Positions 36,963 to 47,534 of a stretch of DNA of 64,000 bases are shown piece after piece. Positions within the stretch are counted from its first letter, which is position 1; each line of letters opens with the position of its first letter. Origin of the DNA: a virus; IMG/VR virus record IMGVR_UViG_3300042503_001430, positions 23,584-87,583 of that record; one strand, written 5' to 3'. The notes under the pieces are model-generated. The model ran no database searches and was not told the origin of the DNA. It was given only the letters and a program-made list of their open reading frames with translations. The position numbers and the translations under genes are program-made.

Positions 36963-37910
36963 ATGTCATTTGCAAATCTGAAAAAGAATGCTGGTACAGC
37001 AGGTCTGAAAAACCTTCAAGACGAGCTTGAGAAGCTTAACAAGAAGAGTGAAGGTGGTGCGTCTGATGAAGACAAGTACTGGAAACTTGCTACAGACAAG
37101 TCTGGTGTTGGTGCTGCGGTAATTCGATTCTTGCCTGCTGCTGAAGGTGATGAGCTTCCGTGGGTACTTGTCTATGAACACGCATTCAAGGGTCCTGGTG
37201 GGTGGTACATCGAGAGATCGAGAACTACACTCGGTAAGAATGTGCCAGATCCTGTGTTTGAGTACAACAACCAGCTCTGGAATTCTGGTGTCGATGCAAA
37301 CAAAGAGCTTGCACGTAAGCAAAAGCGCACACCACGATATGTGTCGAACATTCTTGTTGTAAAAGACCCTGCTAATCCTCAGAACGAGGGTAAGGTGTTC
37401 TTGTTCAAGTATGGTAAGAAGATCTTCCAGAAGATTCAAGAGATGATGATACCTGAGCCAGATCCTGTTGATCAGAAAGATCCAGTAAACCCATTCTGTC
37501 CATGGAAGGGTGCTAACTTCAAGCTCAAGTGTCGTAAAGTTGACGGCTACCCGAACTATGATCAGTCTGACTTCTCGTCGTCTGAAGCATTGTTTGGTGG
37601 TGATGACTCACGCATTGAAGACCTCTGGAAGACACAATTCAAGCTTTCTGAGTTGGTGAACCCAGACAACTTCAAGTCGTATGAAGAGTTGAAGAAGCGT
37701 CTTGATCGTGTTCTTGGGTTGTCTGCAAATGCAACACCAAAGAGCGAGAAGGTGACTGTACCTTCTGCTGCGAGCAAGAGTTCTGTTGCTGAATCTGCAT
37801 CAGATCTCGATATTGATGCTACGTTCTCATCGAGCGATTCTAGCTCGTCTGATGATGCTGACGTATCTGATGATCTTTCGTACTTACAGCAGTTAGCAAA
37901 CGAAGATTAA
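36963..37910 (+). CDS. 32: ssDNA-binding protein gp32
   Basis: AVIRFLPA, HAFKGPGGWYIE, GKVFLFKYGKKIF, GANFKLK, NYDQS, acidic tail. Confidence 0.96.
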   Translation: MSFANLKKNAGTAGLKNLQDELEKLNKKSEGGASDEDKYWKLATDKSGVGAAVIRFLPAAEGDELPWVLVYEHAFKGPGGWYIERSRTTLGKNVPDPVFEYNNQLWNSGVDANKELARKQKRTPRYVSNILVVKDPANPQNEGKVFLFKYGKKIFQKIQEMMIPEPDPVDQKDPVNPFCPWKGANFKLKCRKVDGYPNYDQSDFSSSEALFGGDDSRIEDLWKTQFKLSELVNPDNFKSYEELKKRLDRVLGLSANATPKSEKVTVPSAASKSSVAESASDLDIDATFSSSDSSSSDDADVSDDLSYLQQLANED

Positions 37911-40403
37911 TTACTGACAAGCTACCATAGAAGAGAGACCCCTTGTGTCTGGTTGAGCACATCCGCCAGATGCTTGGGGTTTTTCGGTTGAGCCAGTGCT
38001 TTGAACAGAAGATGCGTCAATATTTTGATTTACTATCACTGGTGATATTCTTTGTTCTGCGACTTGTTGCTTGCTCAAGTCGGCAACGGTTTTCCCTGCA
38101 CTTGAATATATCGACTGAATTGGTGGACTTATCTGATTTGCCGTCAGACTCGCTGGCATAATAGGTGGACTAGGCAGTTGTGTGCGTGACCCACTTATCT
38201 GTGGTCGTGTAGACATACCTTTGTTGGTGATTTGTGTGAGCTTTGCTCCATATTTTGGATCGGTTGCATACCCTGTCGCTGCTTGAGCTGTGATAGCTTC
38301 TTGTATGTTGTTTGCGTTCAAAACGCCAGCATATCGTTTGTTCGTCTGCAAGAATTTTATGTAATCTGCTGCCGAGTCTTGCATGTTGTCATATGAACGG
38401 AAGCTATCTTTGATGGTAACGTATTTACCGTTGATGAATTCTTTTGTTGCTATACCCTTATTCTTCTTTGAGAAGTCTTTGATGCCGAAGTAGTTGTTAC
38501 CTGCTGCGGTGCTCTTTCCATAGCCTGTTTCGAGACTTGATTGTGCTGCACCAAGACGAGCAACAACTTCTGGATTTTTAACACCAGCTTTCTTAGCTTC
38601 TGCAAGTAGCGTTGCATACATGTTATCATAAAATTCTTGTTGTGACTGCTTCATCGGCGAAGCACTTCTATTCACATCGATTGCATCAGCACTGGTTTTT
38701 GACACCACAGCAACTTTATTCTGTGTTGCATTCTCTTGCAGCTCTTCTCTCTTCTTCATTCTATCTTCTGCTTCGAGCTGCTGTTTGTCGATAGTGTTTT
38801 GAAATTCGATTTGTCTTGCTTCTTTCTCTCTTGCGATTTCTTCACGAGCAACTTTTCTATCACCCATTTTCTTGATGAGACCATATTCTTGCTCTTGCAT
38901 CTCTTGGGTGAGAGGATTGAGAGTTTTTACTGCTAAGCCTGTTGGGTCAGCTTCCATGAGTTTGATTGCTTGTTTGATAAGCCAGTCGAGTACTGATATT
39001 TTTATGGAGTCTATGGTGTCGCCAATATCGAGAAATATCTCTTTCACCGTACCCCACATGTCGAGAAAGAAGTTCTTGATGACTAACAGACCATTAGAGA
39101 AGGTGTCTGTTACCCAAACGCCAAAGTCATCAAAAAACTGTGATATTTTTTGTCCGCCAATATAACCCATGAGGCCGCCGAGCATCGCACCGACCATACC
39201 ACCGATAGCTGCGCCGAACGGTCCAGCAGTCACCAAACCAATTCCTGCTCCGGTTATTGCATATCTGCCTGCGGTTGAGAATGCATTCACGACGCCATTA
39301 CCGGAACCGCCGAGAACTGCACCTATTGTGCTTGCTATTTTACTGACACCCCATTCGTCGGATTTTAACCAACCCTTGATTCCCTCAACGACATTCCAAA
39401 TGATGCTGCCCACGATGAGTGTTACTGGATTTGTCGCCGCGCCAACTATTGCACCACCAGCACCGGCGAGCATCGTTGACATCATTCCCATCAAACCTCT
39501 ACCCGACATAGCACCGAGTAGTGACGAAAATATACCACCTTGCGATTCGGTTTTTACTGTGGTTGTCTCTCTTGTGTCTCGCCCTCGTCTTCGTTCTCTT
39601 TCATTTTCTATGTTCTGAAAGTTCAAGTCTTCAATGATGTCTTGCATCATTGATTGAGAATCTTGTATTGTAGCGAGTATTCGTTTAACGTCTACCGAGA
39701 TTGTGTTTAGTACAGCTTCTACACCGTCGCCGCTGCCGCCAAATGGCGATGTACCAACCGGCTGAGATGGACCTAAGAAATCATCTTCTGGTATGGGTCC
39801 AGGTCCACGTGGCGCCCTCTTTATTCGAACACCCTTACCAAGCAGTGATGCAGCATCTTGTTTTATAGCTGCATTTTGAATGTTTTTCTTGTTCGCTCTA
39901 TTCGACAGAGCTTTACCAACAACACCCTTTAAGAATCCACCAGTGCGTGTGACTGCTTTTGTTGCTAAGTTGATGAGTGGGTCGTTAGCAAATGCGGTGC
40001 CCATCACACCTTCTACCATACTGCCAGCATTTTCTGTCCACCCTTTGACAATATTTGTAGCTGCGTCTAATACGCTTGTTTTGTCTGAGATTTTTTTTCT
40101 TAGGTACTTGTTGACAAGTCCGGTTGCATTTGTCAGTGCTGCGGTTTCTTTTTTGCTTAAATTTGCTTGCTGAATATACGAATCGAGTTCAACAATTCGT
40201 GCTACGTTTGCTTGAAGTATGTCGAGATCGGCATCATCGCTCTCTGATAGAACAGACCTGATGATGTCGATAGCTTGTGTTGCAAAATCTGTCTTTACCT
40301 TTGTTGCTTGTGTGTCAATGTTGGTGTCAAGAATCTCTCTTTCGGTTGAGAGCCTAGCAATTTTCTCTTTTAGAGTCTCGTTTATCTTGGACACCTTTGC
40401 CAT
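37911..40403 (-). CDS. Tape-measure/baseplate-hub (gp29-like) protein with C-terminal glucosaminidase (FlgJ-like) domain
   Basis: Gly-rich hydrophobic middle, coiled coils; AQSSLETGYG...NNYFGIK...FRSY...YATDPKY; follows gp26/gp51. Confidence 0.75.
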   Translation of the reverse strand: MAKVSKINETLKEKIARLSTEREILDTNIDTQATKVKTDFATQAIDIIRSVLSESDDADLDILQANVARIVELDSYIQQANLSKKETAALTNATGLVNKYLRKKISDKTSVLDAATNIVKGWTENAGSMVEGVMGTAFANDPLINLATKAVTRTGGFLKGVVGKALSNRANKKNIQNAAIKQDAASLLGKGVRIKRAPRGPGPIPEDDFLGPSQPVGTSPFGGSGDGVEAVLNTISVDVKRILATIQDSQSMMQDIIEDLNFQNIENERERRRGRDTRETTTVKTESQGGIFSSLLGAMSGRGLMGMMSTMLAGAGGAIVGAATNPVTLIVGSIIWNVVEGIKGWLKSDEWGVSKIASTIGAVLGGSGNGVVNAFSTAGRYAITGAGIGLVTAGPFGAAIGGMVGAMLGGLMGYIGGQKISQFFDDFGVWVTDTFSNGLLVIKNFFLDMWGTVKEIFLDIGDTIDSIKISVLDWLIKQAIKLMEADPTGLAVKTLNPLTQEMQEQEYGLIKKMGDRKVAREEIAREKEARQIEFQNTIDKQQLEAEDRMKKREELQENATQNKVAVVSKTSADAIDVNRSASPMKQSQQEFYDNMYATLLAEAKKAGVKNPEVVARLGAAQSSLETGYGKSTAAGNNYFGIKDFSKKNKGIATKEFINGKYVTIKDSFRSYDNMQDSAADYIKFLQTNKRYAGVLNANNIQEAITAQAATGYATDPKYGAKLTQITNKGMSTRPQISGSRTQLPSPPIMPASLTANQISPPIQSIYSSAGKTVADLSKQQVAEQRISPVIVNQNIDASSVQSTGSTEKPQASGGCAQPDTRGLSSMVACQ

Positions 40404-40432
40404 TGTCTACCTGCTATGAAGAGTCAGCACGA

Positions 40433-40609
40433 CTATTTCTTTGAGTTTTGAATCTTTTCCAACATCTTCATGTGTTCCACCAACATAGTCAGGTATATCT
40501 CAAGTTCGTAGGGAACCATGTTTTCCAATTCTGTCAGTGAGTATTTATGGTGCTGAACCATCGCAAATTGGGTCTGGTAGTAGTTCTCCAGACTATTATG
40601 GCCCAGCAT
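40433..40609 (-). CDS. 51: Baseplate hub assembly catalyst gp51 (short form, not in ORF track)
   Basis: MLGHNSLENYYQTQFAMVQHHKYSLTELENMVPYELEIYLTML... Confidence 0.85.
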   Translation of the reverse strand: MLGHNSLENYYQTQFAMVQHHKYSLTELENMVPYELEIYLTMLVEHMKMLEKIQNSKK

Positions 40610-41340
40610 TACCCGAAAAAAGTTTCTAACCTTTCGAGAACTTGCTCATCTTCAAAGTCGCACTTTCCACATTTGATCTTGATTGGTAGTGACAATTTTG
40701 GAAGTGTCTTGAAAAATGCATCAATCTTACCAAATTGTTGAGCATTGAGTGATTCCAAAAATTCGATTCCCTCTTTCTCACTCACGTCTTTTGCTGAAGT
40801 TACGGTACTCTCGTCGTACACAGATTCGATACACATCCAGATGAGCTTGAACAAGCTTTCTGCACTGTTTGTCTGCGATACCTTGTCGAACGAGTCCATA
40901 AGCTTGGCGCTAGGGTCTTTAAGTATGACACCAACCGTATTGGTAAGTTCGATCTTGTGTTGGTGATTTGGGTTGAATATCACCTCTGCTGTTGAGAGAT
41001 CGACCTCAATATCTCGACCAGCTTTACACTCTTCACAAGTCGAATCTTCTATTGGTGAAACTTTCAGTGAGAGTGTGTTACCAATACTCATGATTCTGAG
41101 TTGAAGAATCAAATACTCTAGGTCATACATAGGTAGCTTATCGACATCAACACCCTGTGTGATGATGCAATTTTGTATTACCTGCTTTGTTGCGTGTACG
41201 ATGTCTTTAGATTCGCCGCTCTGAATAGCGGTTAAGAGAATCTTCTCTTCTTTGACCAAGAATGGTCGAACGACAAGCTCTCTCTTGTCTGAAGGTAACA
41301 CTACTGTCTGTGTTGGTATGTCAATTTTTGGTAATCCCAT
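40609..41340 (-). CDS. 26: Baseplate hub subunit gp26
   Basis: MGLPKID.P....LPS......RPFLVKEEKILL...DLEYLILQLR..SIG...LETFFG. Confidence 0.92.
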   Translation of the reverse strand: MGLPKIDIPTQTVVLPSDKRELVVRPFLVKEEKILLTAIQSGESKDIVHATKQVIQNCIITQGVDVDKLPMYDLEYLILQLRIMSIGNTLSLKVSPIEDSTCEECKAGRDIEVDLSTAEVIFNPNHQHKIELTNTVGVILKDPSAKLMDSFDKVSQTNSAESLFKLIWMCIESVYDESTVTSAKDVSEKEGIEFLESLNAQQFGKIDAFFKTLPKLSLPIKIKCGKCDFEDEQVLERLETFFG

Positions 41341-41393
41341 AGCAAACTCCGTTGATAAACTGTACCATTATATAGTCGAAATATTTGGTGGTG

Positions 41394-42059
41394 TTAGAAG
41401 CCACCTGGTGACAAAGTTCTTCCAGGAAACACCAAGTCAATCACTGAACGCCATCGTCGATAGTAGAACTCAACATCAAGCTTGAGAACTACATCATTGT
41501 TTTCCGACGAGAGTTCTTGTGCACCAATTCTGTATGGATATGCTTCTTCAATCACATATGTACTCAACAGACCACCAAGCTCTGCTAGGGGAGGATCTAC
41601 CGTTGGTGGCTCAAATTGCAACACCGAATCAAGACCAGAACCTTTAAGCTTTTTCACAACAATATCTGTCTTATAGTTATCATAGTATTCCATGTACTGA
41701 GATGAAGGGCTGATGATGAATTGGTGCCATGCATCAAAGAAGGTTCTCTCAAACATTGAGTTTGTACACAAGAAACTGATGGTGATAGAGTCGTATAGAA
41801 CTGAAGTTGGCATCTTTCGAGTTGTGCCGAACATAGTTGCATCTTGTGTTTGAAATGCTCGCCCTGGAATACTGACTGAGGTTGCCATGACGGTGAGGTT
41901 TGCAGACCCCGCAATACTGAGCAATCCACCTAAAATACCAGCAGCGCCCTGAAGAAGCATTCCGGTTGGCGGTGTGATGATGCACAAATACTGTGTCGGT
42001 AGAGCTGGTCCGCCGAGAAGGTTGAGAGTCTTGTTCATCACTTTTGGTGAGAATACCAT
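41394..42059 (-). CDS. Tail-tube initiator (gp54-like, gp19 fold)
   Basis: SVSIPGR, ERTFFDAW, YYDNY, EAYP, VEFYYRRW. Confidence 0.7.
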   Translation of the reverse strand: MVFSPKVMNKTLNLLGGPALPTQYLCIITPPTGMLLQGAAGILGGLLSIAGSANLTVMATSVSIPGRAFQTQDATMFGTTRKMPTSVLYDSITISFLCTNSMFERTFFDAWHQFIISPSSQYMEYYDNYKTDIVVKKLKGSGLDSVLQFEPPTVDPPLAELGGLLSTYVIEEAYPYRIGAQELSSENNDVVLKLDVEFYYRRWRSVIDLVFPGRTLSPGGF

Positions 42060-42060
42060 A

Positions 42061-42681
42061 TTACCTCTTTCTTATGAGATCGAATGATCTCTCCCAAATT
42101 TTTTGTTTGTTGGTGCTTTGACCAACATTCGAAATGAATTTTTCTGTCGGCAAGAACAGAGCAAGCTCCCATTCTTCTTGTGGTATGACAGAAATTTGTG
42201 GAGAGATATTCTTGAAAAGATACCTCTTTATGCAAGGTCTGTAATACCTCAAAGCCTGCTTTTCGAGTAGCATTTCGTAGTCTATTCTAACAACAGGGTC
42301 GCCGAGTTTGGTTCCAACATATTTATACAGCTCACTCATAAACATGATTCGGTGCAGTGGCTTTAGGTAGTGAAAGTTGAGAGCGAGCATACTCGATGTG
42401 TCCATAGATAGCGTGAGTACCAAAGGAAACGTGTCGTAGTATGATAGGGTAGCTTTTTCTTTGGGTGTGTACTTGAATGTTATGATCTGACCTGCAAAAG
42501 AAAGTATCTTTTTGGGTTGGGTTTCATAGACATTCGGGGGGTCTTGCGTCTTGCTTCCAAATGTCGTTTCTATTTTGTTCTGATACCATTCGAGAGCTTG
42601 TGTGCTTCGTTCTTTGAGCTTGGGTTTATCAGCTTTGACCTTTTCAATCAGACGTTGAAAGTTGGTTTTGGTTGGTTTCAT
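42061..42681 (-). CDS. 2: DNA end protector gp2
   Basis: YTPK.KATLSYYDTFPLV, LNFHYL, PCIKRYL, WELALFLPTEKF. Confidence 0.92.
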   Translation of the reverse strand: MKPTKTNFQRLIEKVKADKPKLKERSTQALEWYQNKIETTFGSKTQDPPNVYETQPKKILSFAGQIITFKYTPKEKATLSYYDTFPLVLTLSMDTSSMLALNFHYLKPLHRIMFMSELYKYVGTKLGDPVVRIDYEMLLEKQALRYYRPCIKRYLFKNISPQISVIPQEEWELALFLPTEKFISNVGQSTNKQKIWERSFDLIRKR

Positions 42682-42695
42682 TCATGTATTTATGG

Positions 42696-43148
42696 TCACT
42701 TTCCAAGAGTTTTGATACCTAGCTGACTGAGGGTATCTTCAGTCCATACCTGAAAGGTTGCGTTTTGCTTTCTTGCATAGTCGTTTGCAGCTTTCCATTT
42801 TGCTTGGTTCTTTACGAAGTTTAGTACCTCGGTGATGTATTGTTTTCGTGCTCTCTTTTTTGTGGATTTCTGTTCGGGTGGTACTGTATACTTCTTTGGC
42901 TTCAGCTCTATCAAGTATGTGGTTTTGTTATTGAAGGTTATGCGAAAATCTACAAAATACCTATGTATGCGATTGTCTGTGGGGCATAAATATGGAATGA
43001 CCAACTCTTCTGATGACCATTGGGTGATGTTCGGGTTTGAGTCGCACCACAGCATGACAGACAGTTCCCAAGACGAGCGATAGTATATCTCGTCAGGGTT
43101 GCCTAAATACTTGTTGGTGTTTTTTGTCTTAAATTTACCTTGGTACAT
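42696..43148 (-). CDS. 4: Head completion nuclease gp4
   Basis: KYLGNP..IYYRSSWE, WSSEELVIPY, HRYFVDF, IELKP, NQAKWKAA. Confidence 0.95.
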   Translation of the reverse strand: MYQGKFKTKNTNKYLGNPDEIYYRSSWELSVMLWCDSNPNITQWSSEELVIPYLCPTDNRIHRYFVDFRITFNNKTTYLIELKPKKYTVPPEQKSTKKRARKQYITEVLNFVKNQAKWKAANDYARKQNATFQVWTEDTLSQLGIKTLGK

Positions 43149-44054
43149 ATGGGATACAAAGAGTTTGCAAAAGCAGTAATGTCAGACCCAACCAGCAACC
43201 CCGCAAACAGTACTGGTGTTGACTATCCAGCGTTAGATACCAAACCATCATCAAACCCCACAGCATCACACAAATTCCCTGAAGACTTGTGGGCGCCAGG
43301 TCAAGAGCCATTTATATACTTCAACATTCGCTCGACAGTAGATCCAACACTTGCGTCAAGAGGTAACATATCGTTGTATATGCCACCGACAATAAAAGTA
43401 AGTTATGGTGCCGGGTGGGAAGAGCTTTCAATGGAGAGCAGAAAAATGAAAGCTCTTACCGGCTTCGATGTTGCAAGCACGATGGGTAAACTGAGCGAAG
43501 GTCAACTCAAAGATGCGCTTACATCAGCAAAAGATAGCATAGCAAATACATCAAGCATTTCTACCTATGCGAAGTATGCTGCAAGTAACGCCGCCGAATC
43601 TGCACTTGGCTCATCATATGCATCTGATGTTCGTCGAGGTATTGCAGGTAAAGATCAGGTGGTAAATCCTTTCACGTCAATGTTGTACCAAGGTCCCAGA
43701 TTGCGTCAATTTCAGCTCGATTTTTCTCTTTATGCAAGAAATCAAAAAGAGAGTGAGAGTATTCAGAAGATCATCAAAGCATTTAAGCTTGCTATGCACC
43801 CAGATGCAGAAAAGGGTGGTGAAAGTGTGTTCTTCGATTTTCCATATATTTTTGATGTGTTCTTCATAACACCAGCTACCGACAAGATGTTCAATATCAA
43901 GAAAGCAGCTCTGACGGATTTGAGTGTTGATTATGCAGGTTCTGGTGCTCCATCATTCTTCAATGTCTCATGGGCGCCGGTCGATATTCGATTGAGCCTT
44001 ACGTTTAAGGAGCTCGAACTTCTTACCAGATCAGAAATCGATCAAAACTTCTAA
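43149..44054 (+). CDS. 48: Baseplate tail-tube cap gp48
   Basis: ISLYMP, VNP....YQGP.LRQF.....ARNQKES, VDY, LTFKELELLT. Confidence 0.85.
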   Translation: MGYKEFAKAVMSDPTSNPANSTGVDYPALDTKPSSNPTASHKFPEDLWAPGQEPFIYFNIRSTVDPTLASRGNISLYMPPTIKVSYGAGWEELSMESRKMKALTGFDVASTMGKLSEGQLKDALTSAKDSIANTSSISTYAKYAASNAAESALGSSYASDVRRGIAGKDQVVNPFTSMLYQGPRLRQFQLDFSLYARNQKESESIQKIIKAFKLAMHPDAEKGGESVFFDFPYIFDVFFITPATDKMFNIKKAALTDLSVDYAGSGAPSFFNVSWAPVDIRLSLTFKELELLTRSEIDQNF

Positions 44055-44056
44055 TT

Positions 44057-44719
44057 ATGAAACACTTTTACGTCTACCCAAAAATCGAGTACTCAAACAA
44101 CATAGCCACTAACGTCATGGTTAGAGGTAAGATTCGTGATGCGGTATTGCAGAACTCAGCACTGTACTACAAATACAGAATCGATGAGTTCATGAAGCCA
44201 GAGACGCTATCGTATAAGTACTATGGTTCACCCAACTATGTGTGGGCAATTTTTTATGCAAACAACATCGTAGATCCGTTGACTGACTGGCCAATGAACC
44301 AGAGAGAGTTCGATAAGTACATCTTGCAGAAGTATGGCAGCATGGACAGAGCACAACTCAAGTACTCTTCTAATGGTGCGCTCAATCACGACTCAATTCA
44401 CCACTACGTATTGAATGAAAAGCACGTGATTGATGAAACAACATTCTCGCAGCTAAATGCGATCTTGTCTAAGTACAAAACCTACTATCAAGCAAACGAT
44501 GACATGTTGAAGAAGGGTATGTCATCTCTCACCATTGGAAACTTCGTCATCGACAGACAGTCTTTCTTATCACTCGGTGTGTTAAATCCAGAAACTGTCT
44601 CTGCGGTCACATACTATGAGCATGAGTATAATGAGAACGAAAAGAAGCGAGATATTTTTGTGATAGATAAAGAGTACGTGTTTCAGATCGTCAGTGAGTT
44701 TGAAAATCTTTTTGATTAG
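44057..44719 (+). CDS. 53: Baseplate wedge gp53
   Basis: KPETLSYKYYG....WAIFYANNIVDP..DWP, IHHY, YEHEYNENEKKR. Confidence 0.9.
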   Translation: MKHFYVYPKIEYSNNIATNVMVRGKIRDAVLQNSALYYKYRIDEFMKPETLSYKYYGSPNYVWAIFYANNIVDPLTDWPMNQREFDKYILQKYGSMDRAQLKYSSNGALNHDSIHHYVLNEKHVIDETTFSQLNAILSKYKTYYQANDDMLKKGMSSLTIGNFVIDRQSFLSLGVLNPETVSAVTYYEHEYNENEKKRDIFVIDKEYVFQIVSEFENLFD

Positions 44720-44721
44720 CT

Positions 44722-46146
44722 ATGTCTAAAGAAAACCAAATAGCTCGACAAGAGTTTGATCGAGTATTAGACTACATAAAGCTCAAAGACTGGAAGGGTA
44801 ATGAGCACACTCTTATTTCTCAGATGGTAGAGTTCTCTTTTGAAGAAGAGATATTTCACCAATCTTTGCACGGCTCAATCAAGATTTTTGACAGCGTAGA
44901 TTTTCCCACTTTGTTGCCGATGATTGGTGAAGAGAGAATCTTAGCAAGTTTCACTCGTCAAGAACCAGCAAACAAACAAAACGCATTTCTTGGCGGTAGA
45001 CTACCGCCTATCAAATTTGACATGCGTGTGTATCGCATGGACAACAAATACCAATCTGCTGAGTCACGAAAAGCACAATCATACACGCTTCGCTATACAT
45101 CACATTTGCCATTCTTGAACATAAACAAGCGTGTTTTTGCCAGCTATCAGAACATGAAGTACTCTGATATGGTAAAAGACATCTATGAAAATTACCTCAA
45201 AGAAGAAGGTGCACACTACAAACCACTCGTGATTGAAGAGACAGAAGGTGCGTTTGATTACTATGCACAAAACCTCTCTCCACTGTCTGCAATACGAAAG
45301 ATTTCTCAACGATCAACATCAGCAGAAGGTAATGGAAACTTCTACGTGTTCTATGAAGATCGAGATTCATACTACTTCATCACCGTGGGCAAGCTACTCA
45401 GACAAGACCCATCAATCAAGCTTCGGTGTGAACTAAAGAATGTCAGCAAGATTGACGCTGGTGGTTCAAAAACCACCGACCTTGAACGACAGCTATACAA
45501 CGTAACAAACTACACTCGTAATGAGAATTTTGATGTGTTTCAGTCTGCACTATCAGGTGAAGCATCTTCGAGCTTATTGTCGGTTGATCCAGTTACGAGA
45601 CAGTACTACCTGAATGAATTCGACTTGCGAGGTAAAGACAGAGCAGGAAATGACAACTGGTCAAAGTTACCTAAGCTCGGTGACAAGAAACCGTGGACTG
45701 ATGCTAACCCGATGTTCATAGATCCCAAAGCAAACATGGCGATGCTCATCACAGACCTCGACCAAGACACACATGAGTACATAGCAGAAAGAGATTCTGT
45801 ACGTCCGTATATGCCAGAAGACTTTTTCTTAGATCGAATTTCACAAAAGAGACAGCTATTGAAGAACACCATTCAAGCCAGTGTGAGTGGTGATCCAAGA
45901 GTTAAAGTTGGACAAGTTGTGGAGTTCAATCCACCAGAAATCTTGGGTATTACTGGAACCAAGAATCCAGAAATGCCAGACAAATGGCTCAAAGGTAAGT
46001 ATTTGGTAGTTGGGGTACTTCATGCGATCAATCAAGCACAGTACTCTATGCATCTCCAATTAGTGAAAGATGGATTCGCAACCGAAATTTCTGATGTTAC
46101 GTATCGACATCCATCCAAAGTTTACAAAGGCTACCATAATTCATAA
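44722..46146 (+). CDS. Baseplate hub/tail protein (gp27-like)
   Basis: EEIF...LHGSI...D, LPMIGEE, VFYED, VSGDP.VKVGQVV, GKYLV..VLH. Confidence 0.7.
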   Translation: MSKENQIARQEFDRVLDYIKLKDWKGNEHTLISQMVEFSFEEEIFHQSLHGSIKIFDSVDFPTLLPMIGEERILASFTRQEPANKQNAFLGGRLPPIKFDMRVYRMDNKYQSAESRKAQSYTLRYTSHLPFLNINKRVFASYQNMKYSDMVKDIYENYLKEEGAHYKPLVIEETEGAFDYYAQNLSPLSAIRKISQRSTSAEGNGNFYVFYEDRDSYYFITVGKLLRQDPSIKLRCELKNVSKIDAGGSKTTDLERQLYNVTNYTRNENFDVFQSALSGEASSSLLSVDPVTRQYYLNEFDLRGKDRAGNDNWSKLPKLGDKKPWTDANPMFIDPKANMAMLITDLDQDTHEYIAERDSVRPYMPEDFFLDRISQKRQLLKNTIQASVSGDPRVKVGQVVEFNPPEILGITGTKNPEMPDKWLKGKYLVVGVLHAINQAQYSMHLQLVKDGFATEISDVTYRHPSKVYKGYHNS

Positions 46147-46233
46147 AAACGTAGACAATCGCAAAAAATGTGATACACTGTATGTACAGTAAAAACCCAT
46201 ATTGGGTAATTTTGTAGGAGAAACCTAGGTCCA

Positions 46234-46413
46234 ATGAAAGACAAGAAACACTCGTCGAATGAAAAAAACGAGGTGTCTGAAGATGTGAAGCGCAAGAAGA
46301 AGCAAAAGCGGTTGCGCCAACAGCACGAAGAGCAGAGTGCTTTTGAAGAAGCACTTGAAGAGGTACTTGAAGATGATGAGGTTTACCACCTCTTGAAGAA
46401 GCTCAAAGACTGA
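46234..46413 (+). CDS. Small charged hypothetical protein (59 aa, not in track)
   Basis: Upstream TAGACA...TACACT promoter and AGGAG; MKDKKHSS...LLKKLKD*. Confidence 0.55.
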   Translation: MKDKKHSSNEKNEVSEDVKRKKKQKRLRQQHEEQSAFEEALEEVLEDDEVYHLLKKLKD

Positions 46414-46438
46414 GCAAGTACCCTTGGACCCTATCATT

Positions 46439-46864
46439 ATGAAAACGACAAAGCCAATATACTACCTAGCATCGCCGTATACACACGCAGAAGCTAGTGT
46501 TAGAAAAGCTAGAGCAGAAGCAGCAACCGAAGCAGCAGTAAAATTGCTTCACCAAGGCATATTTGTTTTTGCACCAATACCGTACAACGAACCGTGGGAG
46601 AAACATAACCTACCTGGTGACTGGGCGTTCTGGTGTGAGTTTGACAAATCATTCGTAGAACGATGCGATGGTGGTCTCATTGTACTCATGCTCGACGGGT
46701 GGGATAGAAGCACCGGCGTAACAGCAGAGATCGAATTTGCTAATAGTTTGGGTATGCCAATCTTTTATGCAACACCAGAACAGATTGAGACTGGTGATAT
46801 GAGCTTTATGACAGTCTGTCGCTTACCTAAGCTGGGACTGTTCTGTGCACATCAGAAATTCTAG
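46439..46864 (+). CDS. DUF1937 / nucleoside 2-deoxyribosyltransferase-like protein
   Basis: YLASPYT, VFAPI, GWDRSTGVTAEIEFA. Confidence 0.8.
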   Translation: MKTTKPIYYLASPYTHAEASVRKARAEAATEAAVKLLHQGIFVFAPIPYNEPWEKHNLPGDWAFWCEFDKSFVERCDGGLIVLMLDGWDRSTGVTAEIEFANSLGMPIFYATPEQIETGDMSFMTVCRLPKLGLFCAHQKF

Positions 46865-46871
46865 GTGATAT

Positions 46872-47159
46872 ATGCCATACATTAAACAAGACCACAGAAA
46901 GCAGCTTGAATCTGCATTGAGTGACCTTTCACATGCGATCACAGAGACGGCAGGTAATGACATCTCAGTACTGCCTGGATTGTTGAACTACACTATCACA
47001 TGTTTGGTGAAGCGGTGTTACGCAGCGTTCAAATCCAAGATGTCATATGCAGATCACAATGCAGTTGTTGGTATGCTCGATTGTGCAAAGATGGAGTTTT
47101 ACCGAAGAGCTACAGCACCATATGAAGATGAGAAGGTGATAGAAAATGGTGATGTATGA
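46872..47159 (+). CDS. Conserved phage hypothetical protein
   Basis: MPYIKQ..R, GLLNY.IT, G.LDCAKMEFYRR..APYED.K..ENGDV. Confidence 0.8.
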   Translation: MPYIKQDHRKQLESALSDLSHAITETAGNDISVLPGLLNYTITCLVKRCYAAFKSKMSYADHNAVVGMLDCAKMEFYRRATAPYEDEKVIENGDV

Positions 47160-47296
47160 TACCGTATCTAAAAGCGATCCTTTTGTTGGGGTCGCTTGCT
47201 GTCGCCGGACAGACATTTCTGTTTCGTCAAAACGAAGAGTTGGGAATTCTATACCTACTTCTGTTCACCTCATTCAGAGAACTGTGGGAGATTACT

Positions 47297-47534
47297 AATG
47301 GAAACGAGCGAAACCTCACGCCTTGCTGGTCTAATAGCACAAAAGCTCACCCGCATAAAAGAACTCTCAAAAAAGAGAGTCGTTGTAAGAAACAAGTTAG
47401 ACGAAGTAAATCTCGAATCTAACACTCTCGCAACACAGCTAAATAAGATTGAAGAAGAAGTGAAGTCGCTCAAATACGAAATCTCTGAGTGTTTGACTGA
47501 CCACAACCTTAAACTTGTTACTGATGGAGAATAA
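47297..47534 (+). CDS. Coiled-coil hypothetical protein
   Basis: GGAG SD then METSETS...; start coordinate approximate. Confidence 0.5.
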
